This document shows, piece after piece, positions 44,271 through 59,874 of a DNA stretch of 64,000 bases (its first letter is position 1; every line of letters begins with the position of its first letter). The position numbers and the translations under genes are program-made. This stretch comes from Eledone cirrhosa (lineage: Eukaryota). The notes under the pieces are model-generated. The model saw nothing but the letters and a program-made list of their open reading frames with translations. It was not told the origin of the DNA and did no database searches. The DNA is taken from the NCBI GenBank assembly GCA_964016885.1, contig OZ024740.1:270754001-270818000 (forward strand), in the 5' to 3' direction.

Positions 44271-46962
44271 ATTTATTAAATAACAGATTAAAGTTTAAGC
44301 AAAGAATCGCTGCTTTCACCCCTTAACGGGATCTTCTGAAACTAACAAAGTCAATCTGTAAACGCAGAAGTGGATATTTAAAAAAACGTTGCAACCGGAG
44401 GAAGACAGGAAGACGATACTTTGGTTCGTGGAAACGATCCCTGGCAAAGAACGGGAAAAAACGAATATAATACGTCATTAATAGGAGCGGTGAAAAACAA
44501 TTACACGCAAAGACAGAACCACATTTATGGTATAAAAGAAGTCGTAGACTAATGTTCTCTTAGGTGATTCTTAGAGACCTTCTCTGGCAATGAACGGAAA
44601 AAATGAAGATAATACGTCATATGTGGAGCGTGGAGAACAATTGCACGCAAAGACAAAACCACGTAAATGGTATAGCTGAAGTTGTAGACTAAAATTCTAA
44701 CTAGGAAACCGAAAGAAACTCCGCTTCAGAGTTAAGAATGAAGTAAATAAAATACAATACAGAGGTAATAGAAATTAAATAAATACATACACGCATGCAA
44801 ATACGTACATACACAAGCATACGCGAAAACACTTGCCATAGGTATACAAAACCACGCACATATAAATATGTATGTGTGTGTGTGCGTGTATACAAATAAA
44901 TAAATAAACGTATATAAATAAATAAATACGTATATAACAAGCGCACACACATACCTACATGTAAATACACAAATGTTCGGGTACCACGTCAACCAAAACA
45001 TGATGTACACATATACACACACCCTACATACGTACGAACCTGCATACTCACGCAGACGCAAAACTCCCGTATACACATAACCAAACCATATGTACCAGAA
45101 TATATAAAAAATTATACGCCATAACAATAACATATACAATCCTGGACCGGCCGAACCTCTGGACTCTATTTCTCCGCACTTTACCCTGAAGGATCACAAA
45201 TCCAATTTTCCGAACAACCCCTCTATTCGGCTTATTAACCCCACGAAGTCCGACTTAGGTAGACTTAGTAAAAGCATTCTTGATAGAATTATACCTGAAA
45301 TTAGAAGTTTGGCCCCTCTTGCACTGTGGAATAATTCTTTCGCAGTGATTGATTGGTTCAACGGCATATGCAACAAGGAACATTGCCGTTTTATCCAATT
45401 CGACATCAACAATTACTAATCCTCCATCACTTTACCACTTCTCCTTAGAGCTATCAATTTTGCTAAAACACTCACAGTGGTTAAGGATTTCGAAATTGAT
45501 GTCATCCTCAATGCCCGTAAGTCGGTGATTAATTTCGACGACTCTATTTGGATTAAAAAATCCAATAGTATCCCATTCGACGTGAGTATGGGCGCCAGTG
45601 ATTCTGCGGAGGTTACTGATTTTATCGGCCTTTTCCTTCTTTTCTCTATCAAGGACGAATTCCCCAACGTGGGCGGTGGTTTGTACCGTGACGATGGTCT
45701 TTTGACGATGACTAAGTGCGGACCTCGTGCTTGCGACAGGTTCAGAAAAGAACTCACCGCCTTCTTTAAAGGCTTCAACCTCTCTATACAGGTTGAGGCC
45801 AATCTCTCGGTCGTTAATTACCTCGACGTTACCCTCAATTTATCGAATGGCTTGTATTACCCGTATAGAAAGCCGAATGATACGCTTAATTACATAAGTA
45901 AGCATTCCAACCATCCTGCCAGCATAACCAAGAACCTGGTAAGAAACGTTTCGTTCAGGCTTTCCCGTCTATCTACTAACGAGCATATTTTCAACGACCA
46001 TTCCACTTATTACAATGAAGCACTTGCTCAGAGTGGATTTGTCGATAAGTTAGCATATACAGAGTACGAAAATAGACCTAGAAGAAATAGATCCTGTTGC
46101 ATTTGTTGGTATAACCCACCATATAATATGGAGGTAGCCACACCATTAGCTAAGATCTTTCTTTCCCTTATTACGAAGCATTTTCCCCCCTACACATAAA
46201 TATAGTAACATTTTTAATAGAAATACTATTAAAATTTCTTACTCTACGACTCCTAACCTTGCACATAACATCACAGCTTCAATTTTAGATAAACTACCTA
46301 GCCGTAGGAACACGTGCAACCCTGTAGTTAGTACTAACTGTAATTGTAGGAATCGGGTTGATTGATCCCTATCCGGGAAATGCCTCTCTAGTAACATTGT
46401 CTACAAATGTAAGGTTGAAACACCCACGTCCCGTAGGGCCTACATAGGATTAACCGCCAATAGATTCAAGCAGCGTCTTTACATGCATACCCATTCTTTT
46501 CGTTACCCTCTAAGAAGGAATATGACGTCACTTTCAGCTTATATCTGGAGTCTAAAAGACAACCACACCCAATATAAGTTACACTGGGAGATCCTAGCTA
46601 GGGCTAGATCGTATAACGGAAATAAAAGACCATGTGACCTCTGCGCCGTTGAGGCCCTGGAAATACTCTACGCCACAGACCACATCTTAAACAAAAAAAT
46701 CTGAGGCAATTTCGGCTTGTAAACATAAATTGCACAAAACCTTCCTGTATTACAGCCCCACATTATACCCTAACGGATAGTACGATCTATACGTGGATAT
46801 TTTACGTCCAGATGTGGTAGCTAAGTATATGTTATGTTTATACCATTACTTATTTGCTTAGGTAAGTATATATTACCTGTATGTTTTGTGAAGGTACGTA
46901 TACTTTCTCGTACGTATATTTGATTGTATATGTTATGGCGTATAATTTTTTATATATTCTGG
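44271..46962 (+). mobile_element. Degenerate Hydra-like PLE (RT+EN ~45150-46780) with inverted 3' UTR upstream (44271-45140)
   Basis: LKDHK..IRLINP..FIQFDINNY*..FDVSMGASDSAE..GLYRDDG..SNHP..YIGLTAN..CDLC with stops and frameshifts; 45095-45140 is the reverse complement of ~46922-46962. Confidence 0.88.
44292..44343 (-). ncRNA. Hammerhead motif (CAGAAGA core)
   Basis: AGTTT-CAGAAGA-TCCC GTTAA GGGG-T-GAAAGCA..TGCT-T-AAACT. Confidence 0.55.
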
Positions 46963-48995
46963 CCAGAATACTCAAACCCATCTTAGACACCTTGCCGGGA
47001 CACGTTAACAGCTCCGAGGAGGTGTTGAAGCGCCTGCATCAAATGGATATCGACACCAGAAGGAATAACAGGTATGCCTTCAGCCTCGATGTAGTCGCTC
47101 TCTACACCTCGGTCCCGGCACTCCCGGCCGTCAATATACTAATGGGACGCGTCCAATCCACCGACCTACACTGCTTCAGGCTCACCACCACTGACATCCA
47201 CCAACTCCTATCCATCGTCGTCGACAACACCTACTTCGGATTCCTTGACCAAATATACCAACAAACCTCGGGATTGCCCATGGGATCAAGCCTATCAGGT
47301 GTGCTAGCGATCTCTTACATGGACAACCTCGAACGCAAGGCACTCAACGCCTGCCACTCCAACGCCGTAGCCTTTTTCTCAAGGTACGTGGACGATATCC
47401 TCATCCTCACATCTTCCCAAGACACGGCGAACAGAATCTATGAGACGTTCAACAACACGGACGAGAACATTGAATTCAGTGTTGAACACCCCAACGAAGA
47501 CGGGTCACTTGCCCTCCTCGACTTCCGAATCAACATCACGGAACAGGGAAGGATCCACTGCAACTTCTACCGAAAGGCAGCCTGCAGGGACCTATTCGTT
47601 CACTACAAGACCGCCCTCCCTAACAGTGCCAAAAGAGGATACATTACGAACGAGATCGCGCGAATCAAAAACAGATGCAGCGATGGTGTCACTCATACCA
47701 AGCGATTCCTCGAGGTGCTGGAGACGAACGGGTACCCTACCTCGATCACAGACAGAATAGGAGACACCAGACGCAAGAGACAGAGAAGCACCCAAGGCAA
47801 GTGCTTCCTCAAAATGCCACACCTGGGCGAGAAAACCACCAACGCTATCCGCAAGGCTATACGGAGGGAGGGCCTCGACATCCACCTGGCCCACTCAGGC
47901 CCCTCCCTGCGAAGATGTCTCTCCAGGAAACCCGAAAAATCTACTGACGCATGCTCCCTCAGAGACTGCCCGATACGCCATGCGAACTGTTGCCTACGCA
48001 CATACGTCGTGTATAAGATAGAATGTGACAGGTGCAACCAATACTACATAGGTAGAACAATTCGATCTTTGCACATCCGGATTAAGGAACACACTAAAAC
48101 CAGGGCCTCGTCTTTCCGGAAACACATAGACAAATGCGGAAACAAAGACGGAAGGCCCATTGTCACAATTCTAGCGACTGAAAGAAACGTCGGCACGTTA
48201 CGTATCAAGGAAGCGCTTTTTATCAAACGACTGCAACCGCAAATAAACAACTGATCAGAGAGAAGCGAAATGAGATGGCTGGTTTAAGTTAACAAGCGAT
48301 GCAACAACACACAACACACACGCGCACACACACACACACGCAAACGAGACAACTACACACACACACGCACACACACACAGTAGCATTCCACCATACGAAC
48401 ATACTACACTGCCAATACACAGGAACAAGGCAACAACACACACACGCACACACACACACACACTCAAGCGAGACAACAACACACGCACACACACACACAT
48501 TAACATTTAACAAACAGGCAGAGAATGGACTGACAGCTAGCGCCATCCCACTCCCTCATTCGGCCGCTGACCTCTGTACGACAGACCCCATTTCACGCGC
48601 ACGCGCACTCTACCGAATACCTCAGATATTCAAAACAACAAACAGCGAAGGACGCGTTCCGCACTTGTCCGACAGACAACCCCCCCCCCGGAAAAAAACC
48701 CCAGTTGATGGATGTGAATCCGAAATATATAGGGACTATTAAATCTCTCCCAAGGTAACTCTCTCTTGTGTTGTTATATTTATTTAATCCTTTATACTCT
48801 TCCCTTCATTCTACACATCTCACACATCTTATACACACCACGCATCTCAACGTACACCCACTTACATCTCTCTCTCCACCACCGGACCTTGTTACCCGGA
48901 GATTTGCCCATTTGCATTGTCGAGGCTTCCATACGACTTAAAGATATTTACTTATTGTTCCACAATCCTTCAAGGAAACTTCAATACACTCTTAT
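46957..48995 (+). mobile_element. 5'-truncated Penelope/Poseidon-type PLE
   Basis: GC-richer RT+EN coding segment and 3' UTR ending at TA. Confidence 0.85.
46960..48254 (+). pseudogene. Penelope/Poseidon-type RT + GIY-YIG, 5'-truncated
   Basis: SLDVVALYTSVP, QTSGLPMGSSLS, RYVDDI, LLDF, NGYP, VVYKIECDRCNQYYIGRT..RIKEH..IKEALFI. Confidence 0.9.
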
Positions 48996-49008
48996 ATATA
49001 TGTATGTG

Positions 49009-49068
<60 letters not shown>

Positions 49069-49080
49069 TATATATATATA

Positions 49081-49173
<93 letters not shown>

Positions 49174-49193
49174 TATATATATATATATATATA

Positions 49194-49367
<174 letters not shown>

Positions 49368-49665
49368 TGAAACAAAATGAAAACGAAATTTCATTTCTCA
49401 CTCTTAGTATGGCACTTACTTAAATGTAAGTATGCATGTATACGTACATACATATATGTATACAGACGTAGAGTAGCATGCACATATATATATATATATA
49501 CATATATATATACATATGCATACAGGTACACATACATATATGCACGTATCAGTTTAGCGGCGCTAACGTCGCTTTGTTCGTTTGTAAACAAACTGAACAG
49601 CCTGAATTTATGCCATACGGTGTTAAGGCAACCACGTCACCTTTTTGTTCAACACTGACACAGGA

Positions 49666-49708
49666 ACGATGTACTAGTTTCAAGCTTGTTAGCTATCATC
49701 AGCACCGT
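49666..49708 (-). ncRNA. Minimal type I hammerhead (unit 1)
   Basis: ACGGTG-CTGATGA-TAGCT AACA AGCTT-GAAACTAGT-A-CATCGT; GUA site. Confidence 0.88.
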
Positions 49709-50133
49709 TTACCCATCTGCCAGATAGTTGAACGTTCGAAAGTATATACTTTCCTTATGAAAATTAACGGCTGAGCAGCCTAATTTGCATATTGAGTGAG
49801 TTAAATCGGTCAGGCATACCGAAAACGATAAATTGAAACAAAATGAAAACGAAATTTCATTTCTCACTCTTAGTATGGCACTTACTTAAATGTAAGTATG
49901 CATGTATACGTACATACATATATGTATACAGACGTAGAGTAGCATGCACATATATATATATATATATACATATATATATACATATGCATACAGGTACACA
50001 TACATATATGCACGTATCAGTTTAGCGGCGCTAACGTCGCTTTGTTCGTTTGTAAACAAACTGAACAGCCTGAATTTATGCCATACGGTGTTAAGGCAAC
50101 CACGTCACCTTTTTGTTCAACACTGACACAGGA

Positions 50134-50176
50134 ACGATGTACTAGTTTCAAGCTTGTTAGCTATCATCAGCACCGT
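50134..50176 (-). ncRNA. Minimal type I hammerhead (unit 2)
   Basis: Identical to unit 1. Confidence 0.88.
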
Positions 50177-50601
50177 TTACCCATCTGCCAGATAGTTGAA
50201 CGTTCGAAAGTATATACTTTCCTTATGAAAATTAACGGCTGAGCAGCCTAATTTGCATATTGAGTGAGTTAAATCGGTCAGGCATACCGAAAACGATAAA
50301 TTGAAACAAAATGAAAACGAAATTTCATTTCTCACTCTTAGTATGGCACTTACTTAAATGTAAGTATGCATGTATACGTACATACATATATGTATACAGA
50401 CGTAGAGTAGCATGCACATATATATATATATATATACATATATATATACATATGCATACAGGTACACATACATATATGCACGTATCAGTTTAGCGGCGCT
50501 AACGTCGCTTTGTTCGTTTGTAAACAAACTGAACAGCCTGAATTTATGCCATACGGTGTTAAGGCAACCACGTCACCTTTTTGTTCAACACTGACACAGG
50601 A

Positions 50602-50644
50602 ACGATGTACTAGTTTCAAGCTTGTTAGCTATCATCAGCACCGT
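50602..50644 (-). ncRNA. Minimal type I hammerhead (unit 3)
   Basis: Identical to unit 1. Confidence 0.88.
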
Positions 50645-51067
50645 TTACCCATCTGCCAGATAGTTGAACGTTCGAAAGTATATACTTTCCTTATGAAAAT
50701 TAACGGCTGAGCAGCCTAATTTGCATATTGAGTGAGTTAAATCGGTCAGGCATACCGAAAACGATAAATTGAAACAAAATGAAAACGAAATTTCATTTCT
50801 CACTCTTAGTATGGCACTTACTTAAATGTAAGTATGCATGTATACGTACATACATATATGTATACAGACGTAGAGTAGCATGCACATATATATATATATA
50901 TACATATATATATACATATGCATACAGGTACACATACATATATGCACGTATCAGTTTAGCGGCGCTAACGTCGCTTTGTTCGTTTGTAAACAAACTGAAC
51001 AGCCTGAATTTATGCCATACGGTGTTAAGGCAACCACGTCACCTTTTTGTTCAACACTGACACAGGA

Positions 51068-51110
51068 ACGATGTACTAGTTTCAAGCTTGTTAGCTATCA
51101 TCAGCACCGT
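51068..51110 (-). ncRNA. Minimal type I hammerhead (unit 4)
   Basis: Identical to unit 1. Confidence 0.88.
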
Positions 51111-51533
51111 TTACCCATCTGCCAGATAGTTGAACGTTCGAAAGTATATACTTTCCTTATGAAAATTAACGGCTGAGCAGCCTAATTTGCATATTGAGTG
51201 AGTTAAATCGGTCAGGCATACCGAAAACGATAAATTGAAACAAAATGAAAACGAAATTTCATTTCTCACTCTTAGTATGGCACTTACTTAAATGTAAGTA
51301 TGCATGTATACGTACATACATATATGTATACAGACGTAGAGTAGCATGCACATATATATATATATATACATATATATATACATATGCATACAGGTACACA
51401 TACATATATGCACGTATCAGTTTAGCGGCGCTAACGTCGCTTTGTTCGTTTGTAAACAAACTGAACAGCCTGAATTTATGCCATACGGTGTTAAGGCAAC
51501 CACGTCACCTTTTTGTTCAACACTGACACAGGA

Positions 51534-51576
51534 ACGATGTACTAGTTTCAAGCTTGTTAGCTATCATCAGCACCGT
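51534..51576 (-). ncRNA. Minimal type I hammerhead (unit 5)
   Basis: Identical to unit 1. Confidence 0.88.
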
Positions 51577-51751
51577 TTACCCATCTGCCAGATAGTTGAA
51601 CGTTCGAAAGTATATACTTTCCTTATGAAAATTAACGGCTGAGCAGCCTAATTTGCATATTGAGTGAGTTAAATCGGTCAGGCATACCGAAAACGATAAA
51701 TTGAAACAAAATGAAAACGAAATTTCATTTCTCACTCTTAGTATGGCACTT

Positions 51752-51951
51752 NNNNNNNNNNNNNNNNNNNNNNNNNNNNNNNNNNNNNNNNNNNNNNNNN
51801 NNNNNNNNNNNNNNNNNNNNNNNNNNNNNNNNNNNNNNNNNNNNNNNNNNNNNNNNNNNNNNNNNNNNNNNNNNNNNNNNNNNNNNNNNNNNNNNNNNNN
51901 NNNNNNNNNNNNNNNNNNNNNNNNNNNNNNNNNNNNNNNNNNNNNNNNNNN
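51752..51951. other. Assembly gap (200 N)
   Basis: Run of N. Confidence 1.
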
Positions 51952-52009
51952 TTTTCTCAATGTAAATAGGTTTGTTATTCTATGGTAAGCTATATTGCTA
52001 TCTTCTGCT

Positions 52010-52240
52010 TCTGCTTTTCATTCTTATTCTTCGTCTTCTCCCTTTTATTCCTGAGAGGCTCGTGGAGGCAGCGTCTAGGGGTTTCTGTCAGAAGCAACCG
52101 TCTCCAACTTATCAAGTGTGATCAGCCAAGCTCATGGCTGTTATTCAAACATCTTGCTCGGGGTCTACCCCTGGGTTTCTTGCTGGTTGGTTTTGCCCGT
52201 AAAATCTGTTCAGAGATCCTTTCCTGAGACATTCTAATCA
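52010..52240 (-). mobile_element. RTE-like LINE 3' end
   Basis: QERISEQILRAKPTSKKPRGRPRAR motif and a GAA-rich tail. Confidence 0.55.
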
Positions 52241-52894
52241 CATCTTCTATTAAACTTGAAAAACTTTTCGTTGCCGTTGCACTTCTGCGACCATGTGACT
52301 GAAAAAAATTCCAATATATGGGGGGCCTATATTCTTAACCGATTTTAATCAAATATTATAATTATTTCTACGACCAGCAATTTAAAGCAATGGGAAAGTC
52401 TATTAAATCAACCCCAGTGCATTTTATCGACTCGGCGGGATTTGAACTCAGAATAAAGCATGGTGTCTGATGCTCTACCAATTCTGCTAATCCGCCACCC
52501 ATATTAAATTTAATAATAATAAATATTTGTAAATATCCTCGAAATACTTAAATATTTTACTTTCCTGTGGAAGAAAGTTTGTTTTTTCTTCTTATGGTCT
52601 AATCCCCGTCATGAATTTGTAGTCTTCTATTTTATTATAGTCAATACTTTATAGCTCCACAACCCCTCAGAAATCCGTATAGTCTATCGGATAAATAACT
52701 ACCTGAATCAGCAATTTTCATTTTATTTTGGCAGGAAACATAAAGAACAAACGAATACCAGGCTAATTGAAGCAATCGATGATAATTTCAAGCTGTTTTA
52801 TTGCCAAAGACATATATACTGTTTTATGACACCCCCTCTCTCTCTCTCAAAATATACAATTTATATATATATATATACACTCACACACGCGTAC

Positions 52895-52997
<103 letters not shown>

Positions 52998-53002
52998 TGT
53001 GA

Positions 53003-53045
<43 letters not shown>

Positions 53046-53055
53046 TATACATATA

Positions 53056-53087
<32 letters not shown>

Positions 53088-53437
53088 TGAGAGAGAGAAG
53101 GGAGTCTTAAATAAATATATTTAAATCGCTATATACAGAGATTATCGAAATGTTAATAGCGTTTAATATAATATATTAACTAACATCTGCAAGACGCCAA
53201 ACATTAATTTTATATTCGTTAAAGTATGCCAATTACAGACAAATAAATAGTTATAGTTTTGTACATAAAATAGTCGTTTGGCGATCTATCATTCCGTTTC
53301 TTCATTTCTCTCTCTTTCTCTTTCTCTGTGTATATATGTATATATATATATTAAAAGTACAGCAATATAAAATACTATTTTCCCTAACAACTGTTTATTA
53401 CCAGCATCTGAATACCTATAGTTTTATACATGAAATA

Positions 53438-53649
<212 letters not shown>

Positions 53650-53784
53650 GTCATGAAGACAAACTGACCCAAGTTTGATAAATAAATCTTAAAAAATAAA
53701 ACTACTGTGTTAACTTTTCCTATACAGCAATCTTGCGAACAAATATCGTCCGCAGCCTGTATATACACACGCACACACACACTG

Positions 53785-54178
53785 TATATTGGTTATTAGA
53801 AAAACAAGACCCATATGTTGATGTTCAATTATACATTTTTAATATACTTGAGATTCTCTTACACTTGTTTCACTATGTTACGCAACGTCTGGCCTGTGAA
53901 ATGTGTACTATCATAGAATCCATTTTTCACACTACGCTATTTCCATCAGAGGATCCCCTGATGAAATCTATCAGAACAATGGCGCAGTGTGACCTCTGAT
54001 GAAGTACATTAGAAAAGTAGTACAGTGTGAAATAATGGAATTATATAATAGTACAGATTTCATTGACCAAAGGATACGTAACGTATTGAGACACTTGTAA
54101 GAGATTCTAAAGTATTAATACATTTATAATTGAATATCAATTGAATATGTGCCTTAATTTTCTAATAACCAATATATA
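53785..54178. repeat. Diverged inverted repeat with degenerate long-stem-II HHRs
   Basis: ~53785-53953 vs ~53993-54178; plus CTGATGA...GAGACACTTGTA-AGAG; minus CTGATGG...GAAACAAGTGTA-AGAG. Confidence 0.55.
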
Positions 54179-54228
54179 TCATATTACTCCGTAGATTAAT
54201 CATATTGGACCGATTTATCAGACTTGGT

Positions 54229-54264
<36 letters not shown>

Positions 54265-54383
54265 ACCAAGTGTATATATATATATATATTATATATATGT
54301 AAAAGGTAAACAGAAATAACAACACCTCGGTACAGTATAGGGAAGGTATATATTAGGTTAACGCTTGATATAGCAGGAAGAGG

Positions 54384-54421
54384 TTCTTAACGTTTCGGAC
54401 GCTAGTCCTTCATCAGAAGAA
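54384..54421 (-). ncRNA. Minimal type I hammerhead ribozyme
   Basis: TTCTT-CTGATGA-AGGAC TAGC GTCC-GAAACGT-T-AAGAA. Confidence 0.78.
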
Positions 54422-54554
54422 ATAATGAGAAATAAAATAGATTAAGGGGACGGGCGGGATGGAATTGGAAAAAATGTCTTTAGATAAAAATAACAGCTCC
54501 ATTCATGTTGACATCTCAAACTGTTGGTGCTGGCGTTATATATATATATATATA

Positions 54555-54634
54555 ATTGGGTAGTCCGTATGAAATTTGTAGAAATTTGTTGACAAAAGAC
54601 AAATCTCTACAAATTTCATACTTGACGCCCCAAT
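54555..54634. mobile_element. Tiny mariner-like MITE
   Basis: ATTGGGTAGTCCGTATGAAATTTGTAGA...TCTACAAATTTCATACTTGACGCCCCAAT. Confidence 0.5.
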
Positions 54635-54704
54635 GTCAACATGAATGGACCTGTTATTTTTATTTAAAGACATTTTTTTACAATTCTAACCCACCCGTCC
54701 CTTT

Positions 54705-54826
54705 GCAGCACAGTTCAAATCCCGCCGAAGTTAACTTTGCCTTTCATCCTTACAGGGCCGATAAAATAAAGTACCAGTAATGTACTGGGTAATTGCTGGC
54801 CTTGTGCCAAAAGTATAAACAATTAT
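54705..54826 (+). mobile_element. tRNA-derived SINE, 5'-truncated
   Basis: B box GTTCAAATCCC and family core. Confidence 0.75.
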
Positions 54827-55825
54827 TGTTATTATTAGCCGAGATGAAAAGTTTAAGAAATTGTGTGTTCCTGTAGGTGTTTATATATGTGTATATTTCC
54901 TTTAAAGTTCATCTCAAATACGTTAATGCGCAATTCAGTTTTCCGATGTGATTAAGTCGGGCCGAGACTAATCGTGTTTATATTACTTATAGAGTAATGC
55001 TCACTGCATTGTCTTAACAATCAGGAAAAGGTAAGTGAATCCGAAAAAAGATTTTAACGTCAAAACTTCTATGCCACTCGATATGTTTGAAATATTAACC
55101 AAATTGACATAATATACTTTACTGACTTAAAAGCTGGAAAGTTAGATTAGAGAATTTACTACTAAATGCACTATCATAAAGCGGGACAGTCATGGCCGGA
55201 ATGTTTTTTGATGATAGGTTTCCTCAATTGGAATGGAAATAAGGGTTAACAACATGTGATTCTTTTCATATCTTGTGCATGTTATAATGTGTCACGTAAG
55301 ATTTTATGGCGAATTATCAGACCATTTTGTTATATTATCACACAAGAAAATAATTGTTTTCTCAATTGTCAAGCTTCAGCACCATACAGAAGTAAAACAA
55401 AATGAGTACGTGATAACTTTCTTGAACAGTGTTAACTGATTACTTTTACTATTTGATCTAAGGGAATTTAGGTTGTTATTTTTATCAAGATGTGCGACTG
55501 CCGGGAATTTTAATAGTTTCCATGAATATATTCATTTCTTAGCATAGGTATCATTAAGTGAATCTTCCTTCCAGCTACTGTAGTGAGGTGTGACAGTGTT
55601 AGTGTTTCGAACGTATAAAGCATCTATGACTTATAGATTATAATACATACACACACACACACGCACACACACACATGTATATATATATATTGTAAAAATA
55701 TTGAGGTAATTCAAATCAAGAACTCAACGTGCATTTTCCACACGGGAGTGACGGAGTAATTTTAGAATAAGGAAATACAAAGTAGTTTTAGAATAAGGAA
55801 ATGATAAAGTCCTTTAATGATAAAG

Positions 55826-55900
55826 CGGTGATAGATATTCCGAGCATGACATTGGCTGAGCAATTCAGTGTAGAAGCCACTGTCATGCCCTCTTCAGCCA
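55826..55900 (-). ncRNA. Degenerate hammerhead
   Basis: CTGAAGA-GGGCATGACAGTGGCT..AGCCAATGTCATGCTC-GGAATATCTATC; A13G change and poor stem I. Confidence 0.5.
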
Positions 55901-56003
55901 ATCTTACATAATAAAGTCACGATCAAGGAGGTAATCCAAAATTGAAGTGACAAGGGAACGGACAAACAGCGATGTTCATTAATCAAATGCCCGTTCCCCT
56001 ATG

Positions 56004-56044
<41 letters not shown>

Positions 56045-56062
56045 ATATATATATATATATAT

Positions 56063-56170
<108 letters not shown>

Positions 56171-56260
56171 ATATATATATATATATATATATTGATATAT
56201 ATATATATATATATATTGATATATATATATATATATATATTGATATATATATATATATAT

Positions 56261-56315
<55 letters not shown>

Positions 56316-56327
56316 CATATATATATA

Positions 56328-57457
56328 CCTCCCCCATCTAATCCTTCTAGAATGCACCAACCGCATAGTTTAAACAACCCTACCCTCACTAACCGCAGCA
56401 GTAACTGCAAGTGCCATTACCCTAATGCATGCCCACTAAACGGTCAATGCCTTACATACAATATAGTTTATAGGTGCACAGTTAAAACAGCATCGCATAA
56501 CAGCTCCTATATTGGCTCTACCTCTAACCCTTTTAAGGTACGCTATAACGCGCACTCATTTTCCTTCCGAGACCCTAGCAATAGATGTTCGACATCTCTA
56601 GCTAGGCTCATTAAAACCTTAAATTAACCAACGTTGAACACTCACTAACATGGGATATCTTGGCTAGAGCCCAACCGTTCAATGGACGAAGAAACTCTTG
56701 TGATCTCTGCCTTACCGAAGCCTATTACATAACTCTATCACGACCTCTACCGATTAACGATAGAACGGAGGTAACTATTAGCTGTCAACATCGAAGAGCA
56801 AATTCCTTCGCCAACAGAATATTTGACCCAACATAGTCATCTAATCCCACTTTATCTTATACCTAACATGTTAAATAGTTATAGCTAACTTAGATAATTA
56901 TCATTTACCTCGCTTACATTGTCTCTCACTTAAACTCATTAGCACTTCTTAACTATAAACGACCTACAATTTCTAATTTCTCGAGGAGTTACTTCCCCTG
57001 AAACCAGTCTCTAATTAGTAAGATAAATATGTCCTTTAGCGGCCATCTTGTTACCCATAGGCAGATCTCGCATAACGCAGCCTCGACAGAAGAATATTGC
57101 TCGCCTATGGCAGACAATAAATAGACCCAGGACGACATACTCAAATACCAATATATGGAACATTACATTCATGTAACCATCTTTCTTTACCTCAATTTAT
57201 ATTCCTTTTGAAGTTCCGATGAACTGCTCCAATTTTACCTAAGTTAATTATCTTCAACTGAACCAGATCAATAATGATCTATAATCATTTGATCCAGAAA
57301 CATTATATGGAGTAGCGAAACAATTGTAAACGGACATTATTAGTATTATTATTATTATTCTTTACATTCCTTACATTAAACTACAACTATGTTGAAAATA
57401 TTTAAATAAAGTCTTCTTTGTGAAATTTGTGGTCTAGTTTTGTTTAACTAAAATGAA
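56328..57457 (+). mobile_element. 5'-truncated Hydra-like PLE (linker + GIY-YIG + 3' UTR)
   Basis: [53 protein letters not shown]; internal stop; TA-flanked. Confidence 0.85.
57213..57331 (+). ncRNA. Hammerhead with extended stem II (CCGATGA core)
   Basis: GTT-CCGATGA-A-CTGCTCCA[~75 nt]TGGAGTAG-C-GAAACAATTGTA-AAC. Confidence 0.7.
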
Positions 57458-57459
57458 TA

Positions 57460-59060
<1,601 letters not shown>

Positions 59061-59069
59061 TGCAATGCA

Positions 59070-59684
59070 GTCAGTGTTGAACAAAATGGCAACGATGGTT
59101 GCCGAACACTGTACGGCTAATAATTCGGGTTGTTTGGTTACAAGCAAACCGAGCATTATAATAAATGTTCGGTAAACCCATACGTACATATATATATGTG
59201 TGCATGTATATATATACATACTACTGTACGTCTGTATACATATATGTATGTACGTATACATACTTATATTTAAGTAACAGCCGTACTAAGAGTGTGAAAT
59301 GAAATTTCATTTTTTCCATTTATCGTTTACCGGCCGACTAACTCACTCGATATGCAAATTAGGCGACTCAGCCGTTAATATGCATAAGGAAAGTATATAC
59401 TTTGAAACGTTCAATCAACTGACAGGAAGATATACGGTGCTGATGACAGCTAATAAGCTAGAAACTAGTTCATCGTTCCTTTGTCAGTGTTGAACAAAAT
59501 AGCAACGATGGTTGCCGGACACTGTACGGCTAATAATTCGGGTTGTTTGGTTACAAACAAACCGAGCATTATAATAAATGTTCGGTAAACCCATACGTAT
59601 ATATATATATATATGTGCATGTATGTATATACATACTACTGTACGTCTGTATACATATATGTATGTACGTATACATACTTATAT
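59070..59684 (+). mobile_element. Retrozyme-like element, ~1.5 units of 413 bp
   Basis: 59070-59270 repeated from 59483; HHR at 59434-59476; TA-flanked. Confidence 0.82.
59434..59476 (+). ncRNA. Minimal type I hammerhead ribozyme
   Basis: Identical to 6232-6274. Confidence 0.85.
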
Positions 59685-59874
59685 ATATATATTTATGTAT
59701 GTATTATAATCCATAAGTCAGAGATGCTTTATACGTTCGAAACACTAACACTGTCACAACTCACTACAGTAGCTGGAAGGAAGATTCACTTAATGATACC
59801 TATGCTAAGAAATGAATATATTCATGGAAACTATTAAAATTCCCGGCAGTCGCACATCTTGATATAGATATTAT

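Noticed and set aside
46881-46960. N-terminus of the 457-aa ORF as a true start
   Set aside because: Derived from the 3' UTR of the neighbouring PLE; fortuitous in-frame fusion
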